A stretch of DNA of 35,884 bases from contig DAMDCT010000003.1 of the NCBI GenBank assembly GCA_032091455.1, positions 31,096 to 66,979 on the forward strand, given 5' to 3'. The position numbers and the translations under genes were made by a program. Source of the DNA: Oscillospiraceae bacterium. GTDB lineage: Bacteria > Bacillota > Clostridia > Oscillospirales > Ruminococcaceae. Each line of letters starts with the position of its first letter. Within the stretch, counting starts at the first letter, position 1. The notes below the pieces were generated by a model. That model was not told the origin of the DNA. It saw only the letters and a list, made by a program, of their open reading frames with translations, and ran no database searches. Of this stretch, positions 20,178 to 30,528 are shown one piece after another.

Positions 20178-21362
20178 TTACTTTAATGCTTGTTTTAAAA
20201 TATCAAGTCCTTTATTAATCTCATCATATGTTATAGTAAGTGGTGGTAGTAATCTTACTTTATCTTTTGCAGTCAATGGAATTAATCCGTTTTCAATGCA
20301 GTCTTTTATCACTTCACCAGCATTTTTAGTTTTAAGCTTAATTCCCATCATAAGCCCAATACCATCAATGCTTTCCACCTCGCTAAGCTTCAAAAGCTCT
20401 GCCTTAATATACTCACTTTTATTTGTAACATCTATTAAAAAGTCATCATTGCAAACCTTGTTTATTACTACATTAGCACCAGCGCAAGCAACTGGATTTC
20501 CGCCAAATGTTGTTCCATGGTCACTAAACTTTAAAACACCACTTGTCTTTTCATCTACCAATACTCCGCCAATGGGTAGACCGCCACCCAAACCTTTTGC
20601 AAGAGTTGTTATATTAGGCTTTACTTTATAATGCTCACTTGCAAGTACCTTTCCTGTCCTTGCAATGCCTGTTTGCACCTCATCCGCGATAACAAGAATA
20701 TCATGCTCGTTGCATATCTCAAATAGCTTTTGAACATATTCTTTATCTAGTGGAATAACCCCACCCTCACCTTGTATTAACTCAATCATTACCGCACAAA
20801 CAGTATTTTTACAATCTGCACTATCTATTTTTTCAATTAGCTTTTCAATATCGTTTGCTTCAACATAGTCAAATCCATCTGTAAAAGGGAAAAAGTAATT
20901 GTGAAAAAAGTCCTGTCCAGTGGCTGCAAGTGTTGTAACCGTTCTACCATGAAAGGAGTTTTTTAAAGTTATTATCTTATTTTGATTACTATCATAACCA
21001 TACTTATCAAAACTATATTTTCTAGCAATTTTAATTGCACACTCATTTGCTTCAGCTCCAGAGTTTGCTAAAAACATCTTGTTATATCCTGTTTTATCAC
21101 AGAGGTTCTTTGCAAGTTTGACCATAGGCTGTGAATAATACAGATTTGATACATGCTGTAAAGTGTTGACCTGCTCCGATACTGCTTTGCACCAATCATC
21201 ATCACAATATCCAAGTGAATTAACGCCGATACCACTTCCAAAATCAATATACTGCTTTCCATTTTGGTCATAGCACGTTGCACCCTTACCTTTAACAATT
21301 TCAACATTCTGTCTTGCATAAGTATTAACAATATAGTCTTTGTCGGCTTGTTTTATGTCCAT
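20178..21362 (-). CDS. argD: Acetylornithine aminotransferase
   Basis: NSGAEANE, SFHGRT, IQGEGG, DEVQTG, AKGLGGG; arg operon context. Confidence 0.93.
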   Translation of the reverse strand: MDIKQADKDYIVNTYARQNVEIVKGKGATCYDQNGKQYIDFGSGIGVNSLGYCDDDWCKAVSEQVNTLQHVSNLYYSQPMVKLAKNLCDKTGYNKMFLANSGAEANECAIKIARKYSFDKYGYDSNQNKIITLKNSFHGRTVTTLAATGQDFFHNYFFPFTDGFDYVEANDIEKLIEKIDSADCKNTVCAVMIELIQGEGGVIPLDKEYVQKLFEICNEHDILVIADEVQTGIARTGKVLASEHYKVKPNITTLAKGLGGGLPIGGVLVDEKTSGVLKFSDHGTTFGGNPVACAGANVVINKVCNDDFLIDVTNKSEYIKAELLKLSEVESIDGIGLMMGIKLKTKNAGEVIKDCIENGLIPLTAKDKVRLLPPLTITYDEINKGLDILKQALK

Positions 21363-21391
21363 GATAGTTCCTCCTTTAATATAAATTGAAA

Positions 21392-21418
21392 CGGAACGAC
21401 ACAGGGGTCGTTCCCTAC
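21392..21418 (-). repeat. GTAG-type REP-like palindrome
   Basis: Minus strand GTAG-GGAACGAC-CCCTGT-GTCGTTCC-G. Confidence 0.65.
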
Positions 21419-21447
21419 AACATATAATATAAATAACGGATATGTTT

Positions 21448-22311
21448 CTACGAAAACATTGTTCCTACACCCTCATTTGTAAACATTTCAATTAAAATAG
21501 AGTGTGGTATGCGTCCGTCAATGATGAATGAACGGTTTACACCTCGTCTAATTGCTTCAACACAACATTCAATCTTTGGTATCATTCCCCCACTAATTAT
21601 ATTTTGCTTAATAAGTGTTGGAACATCACTCAAAGTTACAGTTGGAATAAGTGTATTTTCATCATCTTTGTCACGCAAAAGCCCTCTAATATCAGTCATA
21701 AGTATAAGGTTTTCCGCTTTAAGTTCTGCCGCTATTTTAGCGGCGGCTGTGTCTGCGTTAATGTTATATGCCTGTGTATCATCCCCTACTCCTATAGTAG
21801 ATATAACAGGTATATAGCCATTATCAAGTGCGTTTAATATTGGAGTAGTATCAATGTTAGTTATATTACCAACATAGCCTAAGTCAACATCACCTTTTTT
21901 CTTCTCAGCTTTAATCATTGAACCATCCATGCCACACAGTCCAACTGCTTTACCCCCGCTTTGCTCTAATAGTGCAACAAGGTTTTTATTCACCTTTCCG
22001 CACAATACCATTTGAACAATTTCCATTGTTTCTTCATCAGTGTATCTAAGCCCATCTATAAACTTGCTTTCTTTCCCGATTTTATTAAGCATATCATTTA
22101 TTTCAGGTCCACCACCATGCACTAATACTACCTTAACGCCAACAAGTGATAACAATACAACATCACTCATAACCGCACTTTTCAGTTCATCACTAGTCAT
22201 TGCATTGCCGCCATATTTGACTACAACTATTTTATTGTTATACTTTTGAATATATGGCAGAGCGTCAACTAATACCTCTGCTCTTAGATTATCAGAAATC
22301 TTTGCTGTCAT
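21448..22311 (-). CDS. argB: Acetylglutamate kinase
   Basis: VVKYGGNAM, VHGGGP, NINAD, GGMIPK. Confidence 0.97.
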   Translation of the reverse strand: MTAKISDNLRAEVLVDALPYIQKYNNKIVVVKYGGNAMTSDELKSAVMSDVVLLSLVGVKVVLVHGGGPEINDMLNKIGKESKFIDGLRYTDEETMEIVQMVLCGKVNKNLVALLEQSGGKAVGLCGMDGSMIKAEKKKGDVDLGYVGNITNIDTTPILNALDNGYIPVISTIGVGDDTQAYNINADTAAAKIAAELKAENLILMTDIRGLLRDKDDENTLIPTVTLSDVPTLIKQNIISGGMIPKIECCVEAIRRGVNRSFIIDGRIPHSILIEMFTNEGVGTMFS

Positions 22312-22339
22312 TAAGGCATCCCCCTAGTTTATAATTAAT

Positions 22340-23578
22340 TTAGGTGTGGTAGCTTGCATTTATTTTCACATAATCATATGTTAAGTCACAACCCCAAGCA
22401 ACTGCATTTGCATTTCCATCCCCAAGTTTTACAATTATCTTTATTTCATCAGCACGCAAAATCTCTTTTACATCTTGCAGTTTGAACTCAACACCTCTAC
22501 CACCTTCGCATACTGTTACATCGCCGTTTATAGATTTAATTTTAACTTGAACATTGTTTATATCAAAATCTGCATTTGCATATCCAATTGCACAAAGAAT
22601 ACGACCCCAGTTTGCATCTTCTCCAAACATAGCACTTTTAAACAAGTTTGATGTAATAACTGATTTTGCAACGATTTTCGCAGTTTTCTCATCACAAGCC
22701 TCACATACTGCACACTCTAATAGCTTTGTTGCACCTTCTCCATCTTGTGCAATTGCTCTTGATAGGTTCATCATTACAGCATAAAGTGCATTGACAAAAA
22801 TATCAAATTCCTCTGAACGTGGGTCAGTAATCTTAATATTTTCCGCAGTTCCAGATGCTAAAACAGTAACCATATCATTTGTAGAAGTATCACCATCAAC
22901 TGAAATCATGTTAAAAGTATCATTCGTTACAGCAGTTAGTGCATTCTTTAGTAAGTCATGGTGAATATCAACATCCGTTGTAATAAAGCATAGCATAGTC
23001 GCCATATTGGGGTGTATCATACCACTTCCCTTTGCCATTCCGCCAAGCGTACATTGTTTATCACCAATTTTAAAAGTAACTGCACATTCTTTTTTACAAG
23101 TATCTGTTGTTAATATTGCAATAGAAGCGTTACTGTTGCCGTCTTTTCTTAACTCTGCTTTAAGATTAGGACATGCTTTTTGAATTGGCTCAATTGGCAA
23201 TATTTCGCCTATAATTCCAGTAGAAGCAACAACAACATCTGTTGGTTCAATATCAAGTTCTTTTGCAATTAACTCGCACATCATAAAAGCTTTTTCTTCG
23301 CCATCAATGTTGCATGTATTTGCATTGCCACTATTAACTATAATGGCTTGTGCTTTATTATTAGTAAGGTTTTGTTTTGTTACATATATTGTTGCACCTT
23401 TTACTTTGTTTTGTGTATAAACTGATGCGGCGTTACACATAGTTTCACTGTAAACGAGTGCTAAATCGGGTTTTGTACGATTTTTACGTAAGCCACAGTG
23501 AACTCCAGATGCTAAAAATCCTTTTGCCGCACACACTCCTCCGTCAATAAAATCATACCCTTTAAATTTTACAGTCAT
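22340..23578 (-). CDS. argJ: Ornithine acetyltransferase / glutamate N-acetyltransferase
   Basis: NSGNAN, KGSGMIHPNMATML autoproteolysis site, DGDTSTND, DGEGATK; AAAGGA RBS favours ATG 23578. Confidence 0.96.
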   Translation of the reverse strand: MTVKFKGYDFIDGGVCAAKGFLASGVHCGLRKNRTKPDLALVYSETMCNAASVYTQNKVKGATIYVTKQNLTNNKAQAIIVNSGNANTCNIDGEEKAFMMCELIAKELDIEPTDVVVASTGIIGEILPIEPIQKACPNLKAELRKDGNSNASIAILTTDTCKKECAVTFKIGDKQCTLGGMAKGSGMIHPNMATMLCFITTDVDIHHDLLKNALTAVTNDTFNMISVDGDTSTNDMVTVLASGTAENIKITDPRSEEFDIFVNALYAVMMNLSRAIAQDGEGATKLLECAVCEACDEKTAKIVAKSVITSNLFKSAMFGEDANWGRILCAIGYANADFDINNVQVKIKSINGDVTVCEGGRGVEFKLQDVKEILRADEIKIIVKLGDGNANAVAWGCDLTYDYVKINASYHT

Positions 23579-23606
23579 ATTTATAACCATTCCTTTCGTA
23601 CTGACT

Positions 23607-23674
23607 GAGAGTTTTGAGCGGTTTGGCATAGCCGAATTTCGGCAATACTCTATGCCGAAAAGCACAAAACTCTT
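23607..23674. other. Nested inverted-repeat structure in the argC-argJ spacer
   Basis: AGAGTTTTG/CAAAACTCT outer, GGCATAG/CTATGCC middle, GCCGAA/TTCGGC inner. Confidence 0.6.
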
Positions 23675-23774
23675 GTTTGAAAAATTTATTTTTCAAACTT
23701 TCGCTCCTTTTTTGTCTAATGTACAAGGTACATAAAAGTTTTTTTGTATTTTCCTATAATAATAATTTAATAAT

Positions 23775-24722
23775 CTAAATCAATCCTGTTTTTTCGTCTA
23801 TCCCCATCATAATGTTCATACACTGAACCGCCGCCCCTGAAGCACCTTTTCCAAGATTATCAAAGCGTGCGGCAAGTAAAACCTGCTCATTATTACCACA
23901 AACGAAAATTTGCATATCATTTGTGTTTGCAAGGGTATTTGTCGCTAAAAAGCCGTTTTCCAATACACCTTCGCCCATAAACGGCATTACCTTTACAAAG
24001 TGCTCCCCTTCATAATGTCTTGTCATTACTTCATGCACTTTTTCTGCTGTTGCTTTTTTATTTAATGTTCTTGTAATTAAAGGAACTGATACAACCATTC
24101 CATTAAAAAAGTCATCAACAATAGGATTAAACATTGGCTTATATGAAAGTCCTGAAATCACTTTCATCTCAGAAAGATGCTTATGATTTTGCGTTAAAGC
24201 ATATTGGCGTGGCGAGAAAAACTCAATCAGCTTGTTTTCACTTTCATATTGCTCAATCATTTTTTTACCACCACCGCTATATCCACTTATCGCATGAGAT
24301 ACAACTGGATGATGAGGTGCAATAATTCCACTTTCCACTAAAGGATATACTAATGCAATAAATCCGCTTGCATAGCATCCTGGTACTGCCACTCTTTTTG
24401 AGCTTTTTATTTTATCTCGGTGCATAGTAGAGAGTTCTGGAAATCCGTATGCCCACTCTTCATTAGTTCTATGTGCAGTAGAGGCATCAATTATTTTAAC
24501 ATTTTCATTTTCCACAAAACTAACTGCTTCCTTTGCCGCTATATCTGGCAAACACAAAAATGTAAAATCAGAGCTGTTAATCATTTTTTTTCGCTCTAAT
24601 GGGTCTTTTCTCAATTTATCATCAATTGAAAGAATTTCAATATCAGTTCGGTTTTTAAAACGCTCATAAATTTTCAGCCCTGTCGTTCCCTCTTGTCCAT
24701 CAATAAAAACCTTATACTTCAT
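23775..24722 (-). CDS. argC: N-acetyl-gamma-glutamyl-phosphate reductase (short type 2 form)
   Basis: FIDGQEGTTG, DASTAHR, PGCYA, DNLGKGASGAAVQ. Confidence 0.95.
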   Translation of the reverse strand: MKYKVFIDGQEGTTGLKIYERFKNRTDIEILSIDDKLRKDPLERKKMINSSDFTFLCLPDIAAKEAVSFVENENVKIIDASTAHRTNEEWAYGFPELSTMHRDKIKSSKRVAVPGCYASGFIALVYPLVESGIIAPHHPVVSHAISGYSGGGKKMIEQYESENKLIEFFSPRQYALTQNHKHLSEMKVISGLSYKPMFNPIVDDFFNGMVVSVPLITRTLNKKATAEKVHEVMTRHYEGEHFVKVMPFMGEGVLENGFLATNTLANTNDMQIFVCGNNEQVLLAARFDNLGKGASGAAVQCMNIMMGIDEKTGLI

Positions 24723-24754
24723 ACTTCAATTCTCCCTTGCTAAATTAATGTGTT

Positions 24755-26128
24755 CTACTGTATTTTTTGTAAAACCTCAGCAATTTGAGTTTCAACAACT
24801 TGTTTTGCAGGTCCACCAACTACATTTCTACCATTTACACATGTATCAAGATTTATTGCATCATACACATCATTTTCAAACATGTCGCATATTCCTTTAT
24901 ACTGGTCTAGTGGTAGCGTTTCAAGCACTAAATTTTTATCAATGCAAAGAGCAACTAACTGTCCTGTTGCCTTATATGCATCACGGAATGGCAATCCTTT
25001 CTTCACAAGATAATCAGCACAATCTGTTGCATTTATAAACCCTTTTGCAGCTGCATTTCGCATGTTATCTTTTAAAACTGTCATTGTCCTTATCATAGGC
25101 GTAAAGGTTTCAAGACAAATTTTTGCAGTATCAACTGCATCAAAAATGGCTTCTTTATCCTCTTGCATATCCTTGTTATATGCTAGTGGTAGTCCCTTCA
25201 TCATTGTTAAGAGTGTTATCAAATCGCCAAAAACTCGCCCAGTCTTTCCACGAACTAATTCTGCAATATCTGGGTTTTTCTTTTGTGGCATTATGCTTGA
25301 GCCTGTTGCATAGGCATCATCAAGTTCAATGAACTTAAACTCCCACGAACACCACAAAATAATCTCCTCACAAAAACGTGAAAGATGCACCATCATAATA
25401 GAAATTGCACTGCATATTTCAATACAAAAATCACGGTCAGATACGCCATCAAGGCTGTTTTTTGTTACATCTGCAAAATCCAAAAGCTCTGCCATTCTCA
25501 TTCGATTGATTGGATATGTTGTAGAGGCAAGCGCCCCACTCCCTAGTGGCATTACATCCATGCGCTTGTCAGCATCTTTTAATCTATCAATATCCCTCAA
25601 AATCATCTGTGCATATGCCATTAGGTGATGAGCAAAAGTAATCGGTTGAGCACGTTGCAAATGTGTATATCCACTCATTACGGTATCTGTATGTTCACTT
25701 GATACTTCACATATTGTATTGACAAGTGACTTTGCTAAGTTTATTAGCATCGCCACTTCATCTTTTAAATACAACCTAATATCAAGTGCAACTTGGTCAT
25801 TTCGGCTTCTTGCAGTGTGAAGTCTTTTTCCTGTATCACCTAATCTGTTTGTGAGCTCCTGTTCAACAAACATATGAATATCTTCAGCCGTCATATCAAT
25901 TTCAAGTGAACCACTTTCAATATCATCCAAAATACCATTTAACCCATCAACGATTATATTAGCCTCTGTTTTATCAATAATTCCCTGTTCGCCAAGCATT
26001 GTAGCATGTGCAATACTTCCTAATATATCATGTTTGAACATTCTCTCATCAAACGATATTGAGCTATTAAAGTCATTTACTTTTGAGTCGACCTCTTTTT
26101 TAAATCTACCAGCCCACAGCTTAGCCAT
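24755..26128 (-). CDS. argH: Argininosuccinate lyase
   Basis: LWAGRF, RSRNDQ, GYTHLQRAQP, GSSIMPQKKNPD. Confidence 0.97.
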   Translation of the reverse strand: MAKLWAGRFKKEVDSKVNDFNSSISFDERMFKHDILGSIAHATMLGEQGIIDKTEANIIVDGLNGILDDIESGSLEIDMTAEDIHMFVEQELTNRLGDTGKRLHTARSRNDQVALDIRLYLKDEVAMLINLAKSLVNTICEVSSEHTDTVMSGYTHLQRAQPITFAHHLMAYAQMILRDIDRLKDADKRMDVMPLGSGALASTTYPINRMRMAELLDFADVTKNSLDGVSDRDFCIEICSAISIMMVHLSRFCEEIILWCSWEFKFIELDDAYATGSSIMPQKKNPDIAELVRGKTGRVFGDLITLLTMMKGLPLAYNKDMQEDKEAIFDAVDTAKICLETFTPMIRTMTVLKDNMRNAAAKGFINATDCADYLVKKGLPFRDAYKATGQLVALCIDKNLVLETLPLDQYKGICDMFENDVYDAINLDTCVNGRNVVGGPAKQVVETQIAEVLQKIQ

Positions 26129-26151
26129 AATTATGACCCCCAACTAATATA

Positions 26152-27334
26152 TTATTTAAGTTTTTTCTCATCAAGCATAGCTTTAACCTTTATTGGAAGT
26201 CCAAACAGATTAATAAATCCTGCTGAATCGTTTTGGTCATATACTTCATCCTCACCAAAAGTTGCGATTTCTTCGCTATATAAAGTATTTGGAGATGTAA
26301 CTCCTGCGTTCATGATGTTACCTTTATATAATTTAAGCTTAACTTCACCGGTAACGGTTTCTTGTGTTTTATCAACAAAAGCAGAAATTGCTTCTCTTAA
26401 TGGTGTATACCATTGTCCGTCATATACAATATCAGCAAATTTAAGTGCAAGTTGTTGTTTTTGATGTTGTGTTGCCTTATCTAAACAGATTGTTTCAAGC
26501 ACTTCATGTGCATGATACAAAATTGTTCCACCTGGGGTTTCATATACTCCTCTTGATTTCATACCAACAAGACGATTTTCAACTATATCGCAAAGTCCAA
26601 TACCATTTGCACCGCCGACTTTATTTAGGGCTTTTATAAGGTCTGCGCCTTTCATTTTAACACCATCAAGTGCAACAGGAATACCTTGCTCAAATGATAC
26701 TGTTATATAAGTTGCTTTATCTGGTGCTTTTTCTGGAGAAACACCCATTTCAAGAATCTCTTCATATTTTGGCTCATTTGCTGGGTCTTCTAAGTCAAGC
26801 CCCTCATGTGATAAATGCCATAAGTTTTTATCTTTAGAATAACTTGTTTCTCTTGTAACGAGATTTAAGCTCCCATGTTCTCCATGGTGCAATAATTTTC
26901 ATGGTTGGTGCAAATGCTTTTATTGTAAGCTCAAAACGTACTTGGTCATTCCCTTTACCAGTACATCCATGACAGATTGCGTCTGCGCCCTCGGCTTTTG
27001 CAATTTCAACAATTCTTTTTGCAATAACCGGACGAGCAAATGAAGTTCCCAATAAATATTTATTTTCATAAACTGCGCCTGCTTTTAATGTAGGAAACAC
27101 GAAATTATTTACAAATTCATCTTGCAAATCTTCAATGTACAATTTTGAAGCACCTGTTTTTAAAGCTTTTGCCTCAAGCCCATCAAGTTCAGCTTCTTGA
27201 CCCACATTTCCTGCCACCGCAATAACTTCACAGTTATTATAATTTTCTTTTAACCAAGTAATTATTATAGACGTATCAAGTCCACCTGAATATGCTAATA
27301 CTACTTTTTTAATTTGATTTTTATCAATTGCCAT
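26152..27334 (-). pseudogene. argG: Argininosuccinate synthase, split by an apparent internal deletion with frameshift (real or assembly error)
   Basis: N-part [10 protein letters not shown]...[14 protein letters not shown]...WELKSR joins out of frame to [15 protein letters not shown]...[10 protein letters not shown] at about 26858. Confidence 0.9.
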
Positions 27335-27410
27335 TTTATTTTCCTCCTAAGAATTATTGTTATTATTTTTATAAGATTGTTTTTAGTATTAATCTTTATC
27401 TATAATGTAT

Positions 27411-27462
27411 ATTATACACTATTAGTTATAAAAATCAACCGTTATATGAATATTTATTCAAT
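27411..27462 (-). promoter_or_regulatory. arg operon promoter with ARG box (ArgR site)
   Basis: TTGATT-N16-TATAAT (27438-27411); palindrome TGAAT-ATTT-ATTCA at 27447-27460. Confidence 0.75.
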
Positions 27463-27785
27463 AAATATGTATATTCGTTGTATATAACAAATTAAAGCTA
27501 TTAATTGTTAATTTAATTAGTAATATCTTTAGTATGCCTTGAAATTTTACGTGTTTACCTAATCAAAATCAAAAAATATTTACTCGCACATAATTTTTGA
27601 TAATATTTTTTACAATATTTACACGTAATATAATTTTGAAGTTTTGCAATACTATTAATGTTACAAATTATTTAAACATTGTGTCTGCATAATTTGTAAT
27701 ACTAATGCAGAATTTAATGTTAACAAAGATCGAGAGATTTGCTTCTCTATATTTATGTAATGTGTTAAGAACCTGCATTATCAAG

Positions 27786-27820
27786 ACAGGGATAGTATTA
27801 TTCTATCCCTGTTTATTTTA
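27786..27820 (+). terminator. Orphan intrinsic terminator upstream of the MATE promoter
   Basis: ACAGGGATAG-N7-CTATCCCTGT followed by TTATTTT. Confidence 0.65.
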
Positions 27821-27948
27821 TTATATTATAAAGAGTTTATATTGTATGAATTTGTATTGTTTTCTTCTAAATACTATGATATACTGATTTAATTGACAAA
27901 AAATCACATGCTGTTATTTTAGTATAGTATTAATAATTGGAGGTTAAC

Positions 27949-29334
27949 ATGTTTAAAATTAAAAACAATTGTACAGACAATATATCTGATATGACTTCAG
28001 GCAATCCATATAAACTTATATTTATGTTTTCTATACCATTGCTTATAGGAAATGTTTTTCAACAATTATATAATATGGTCGACTGTATTATAGTTGGCAA
28101 CTATGTTAGTGAAAAAGCATTAGCGGCAGTCGGATCTGGTTTTCCGATAATATTTTTACTTAGCTCTCTTTTTATTGGAGTTGGAATGGGTGCAACTGTA
28201 ATGGTATCACAGTTTTATGGTGCAAAAGATTTTGATAACATACAAAAAACAGTTAGCACAATATATACCTTTATGTTGGTTGGTTGTATACCATTAACGA
28301 TTATTGGTATTTTCATAAGCAAACCCTTACTTAAACTTATTAACGTTCCTAATGACGGCACATTAACAATGGCAGTTCAATATATGTTTGTAATTTTCAT
28401 AGGAATAATCTGCACATTTGGTTTTAATATCAATGCTGGTATATTACAAGGACTTGGCGATAGCCGTACTTCTTTGTTGTTCCTTCTAATTGCTACTATT
28501 GTAAATATTATTTTGGACATACTGTTTACTGTTTGTTGGGGATGGGGTGTAATTGGTGTTGCAATTGCAACTATCATTGCTCAATTTATCTCATGGATAT
28601 TTGGAATATATTACATAAACAAGCATTATGATTTCATTACTATAAATCCTTTTAAATTTTATTACGACAAAGAACTATTATATAAATCTATTAAACTAGG
28701 TTTACCTGCGGGTATTCAGCAAGCTCTATTTTCAATAGGAAGCATGATTATGAATTCGCTTGTTAATGGCTATGGTTCAACCTTTATGGCTGGATTTAAT
28801 GCAGCAAATAAAATTGATACCTTTGCTTTTATGCCAATCCAAAGTTTTTCTACAGCAATAATGACCTATGTTGGACAAAACATTGGAGCTTCTAGAATTG
28901 ATAGAGTTAAACAAGGAACTAAAGCAGGGCTTATATTATCTGTTGGATCAAGCATAGTAATTAGTGCTATTATATATCCACTCAGTGGCATGTTTATGAA
29001 AATGTTTGGACAAAATCCAGAAATGATTAATTCAGGAGTATTATTCTTACATCAAGTAATGCCATTATATTTTGTTCTTGCAATTAACTTTATCTATAAT
29101 AATGTTTTGCGTGGTGCAGGCGAATCAATTATTCCAATGATTTCTTCTTTCGTTGCATTATGGCTAGCTAGAATACCTTCTGCATATCTTTTAGCTAATT
29201 TTCTAGGAGTAGACTATATATATTACTCTTATCCAATTGCATGGACAATAGGAACTGCTATTTCTTATATCTACTATAGAACAGGCAAATGGAAAAACAA
29301 GAGTATTATTGATGCAAAAACGGAAACAGTATAG
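27949..29334 (+). CDS. MATE family efflux transporter
   Basis: GGAGG RBS; PLLIGNVFQQLYNMVD, GDSRT, NIILD, GVAIAT, GQNIGA; about 12 TM helices. Confidence 0.95.
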   Translation: MFKIKNNCTDNISDMTSGNPYKLIFMFSIPLLIGNVFQQLYNMVDCIIVGNYVSEKALAAVGSGFPIIFLLSSLFIGVGMGATVMVSQFYGAKDFDNIQKTVSTIYTFMLVGCIPLTIIGIFISKPLLKLINVPNDGTLTMAVQYMFVIFIGIICTFGFNINAGILQGLGDSRTSLLFLLIATIVNIILDILFTVCWGWGVIGVAIATIIAQFISWIFGIYYINKHYDFITINPFKFYYDKELLYKSIKLGLPAGIQQALFSIGSMIMNSLVNGYGSTFMAGFNAANKIDTFAFMPIQSFSTAIMTYVGQNIGASRIDRVKQGTKAGLILSVGSSIVISAIIYPLSGMFMKMFGQNPEMINSGVLFLHQVMPLYFVLAINFIYNNVLRGAGESIIPMISSFVALWLARIPSAYLLANFLGVDYIYYSYPIAWTIGTAISYIYYRTGKWKNKSIIDAKTETV

Positions 29335-29418
29335 GTGTATCATTAATTTAAAATAATGTTTTTTTCTATATACTTCTACGTTTATTTATGATATAGTAAA
29401 ATTAAAATGGTGGTTTAT

Positions 29419-29805
29419 ATGGATTTTAATAAGAAATTAATTTTGTCTATTGCCTTTACAGAACTTTTTTATCTTTCATTAGCCTTATGGCTTTATTTTG
29501 GTGATAAACAAGATATGACTGGGTGGTCTGCACTAGGAATAGTCGCTTTTATCATCATATTTTCAATGCCTTTGTATAGCATCATGGCAGGAATACTTGG
29601 ACAAATTTTGTTTAAAAAATTATGGCTAGGTGGAGTTATTAATTCAATAGGTTCAGCAACATTTATTGTTATTCTTTATTTTCTAATGAATAGTATAAAA
29701 CCTATAGTTGTAATTTCAATTCCGCTTGTATTTATTGTAACGTTTTTAGTGTCATGCCTTACTTTATTAGTGCAAAAATTTATTATTAAAAAAAGAAAGT
29801 TGTAA
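29419..29805 (+). CDS. Hypothetical 4-TM membrane protein
   Basis: Four hydrophobic segments, basic C-terminus; start 29419 (GGTGG RBS) or 29407. Confidence 0.75.
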   Translation: MDFNKKLILSIAFTELFYLSLALWLYFGDKQDMTGWSALGIVAFIIIFSMPLYSIMAGILGQILFKKLWLGGVINSIGSATFIVILYFLMNSIKPIVVISIPLVFIVTFLVSCLTLLVQKFIIKKRKL

Positions 29806-29875
29806 TATTGTTTAATAAACACTTTTGTGTTATTATGCATTAAAGTGTATATAAAAAATTTAGGAGGTAATATTT

Positions 29876-30262
29876 ATGTGCGATGAACAAAAATTTTTCG
29901 TCTGCAAACATTGTGGTAATCTCGTTGGAATGGTAAACAATGCTGGTGTTGAAATTATTTGCTGTGGCGAGCCAATGGAAGAACTTGTTGCAAATACAAC
30001 AGAAGCAGCTGTTGAAAAGCACTTACCTGTCATCACTCAATCTGGTAATTCTGTGAAAATTGACATTGGTAGTGTTGAGCATCCAATGCTAAAAGAGCAT
30101 CACATTGAATGGGTATACATCGAAACAAAAAAAGGCGGACAACGCAAATGTATAGAGATTGGTGACAAACCACAAGTAGAATTTGTTTTAGTGGATGATG
30201 AATTAATTGCAGCATTTGCTTATTGTAATCTTCATGGTCTTTGGAAAACTGAGAATAAATAA
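29876..30262 (+). CDS. dfx: Desulfoferrodoxin / superoxide reductase
   Basis: CKHCGN...CCGEPM desulforedoxin site; EKHLP, HPM..EHHIEW, YCNLHGLW; AGGAGG RBS. Confidence 0.95.
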   Translation: MCDEQKFFVCKHCGNLVGMVNNAGVEIICCGEPMEELVANTTEAAVEKHLPVITQSGNSVKIDIGSVEHPMLKEHHIEWVYIETKKGGQRKCIEIGDKPQVEFVLVDDELIAAFAYCNLHGLWKTENK

Positions 30263-30275
30263 AACTAATTTATCA

Positions 30276-30314
30276 AACAACAACCCGTTTCTGAAAAAGA
30301 AACGGGTTGTTGTT
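30276..30314 (+). terminator. Terminator after dfx
   Basis: AACAACAACCCGTTTCT-N5-AGAAACGGGTTGTTGTT. Confidence 0.9.
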
Positions 30315-30528
30315 ATTATTCTGGAACTGTTTCAATCATATACTAATTTCATTTTAAATAAACTTTATTTATGTTTATAAAAACTTTGATTTATGCGTTT
30401 TATAAAAATTTAATAATATTTAAAATGAAATAAGTATTACAGCTCTAATTCATTTTCTCACAACATATTTATACATAGAATATAATGTTATAGCAATATA
30501 CTTTACAAAAAGATTTGGAGATAATTAT

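Noticed and set aside
23579..23665. N-terminal extension of ArgJ given in the ORF track
   Set aside because: It covers the hairpin region; the RBS supports ATG 23578.
26834..26892. Programmed frameshift in argG
   Set aside because: No slippery site, and conserved residues are missing, so recoding would not restore the protein.
27705..27887. 60-aa ORF upstream of MATE
   Set aside because: No RBS, runs through a terminator hairpin, and composition looks like AT-rich non-coding DNA.
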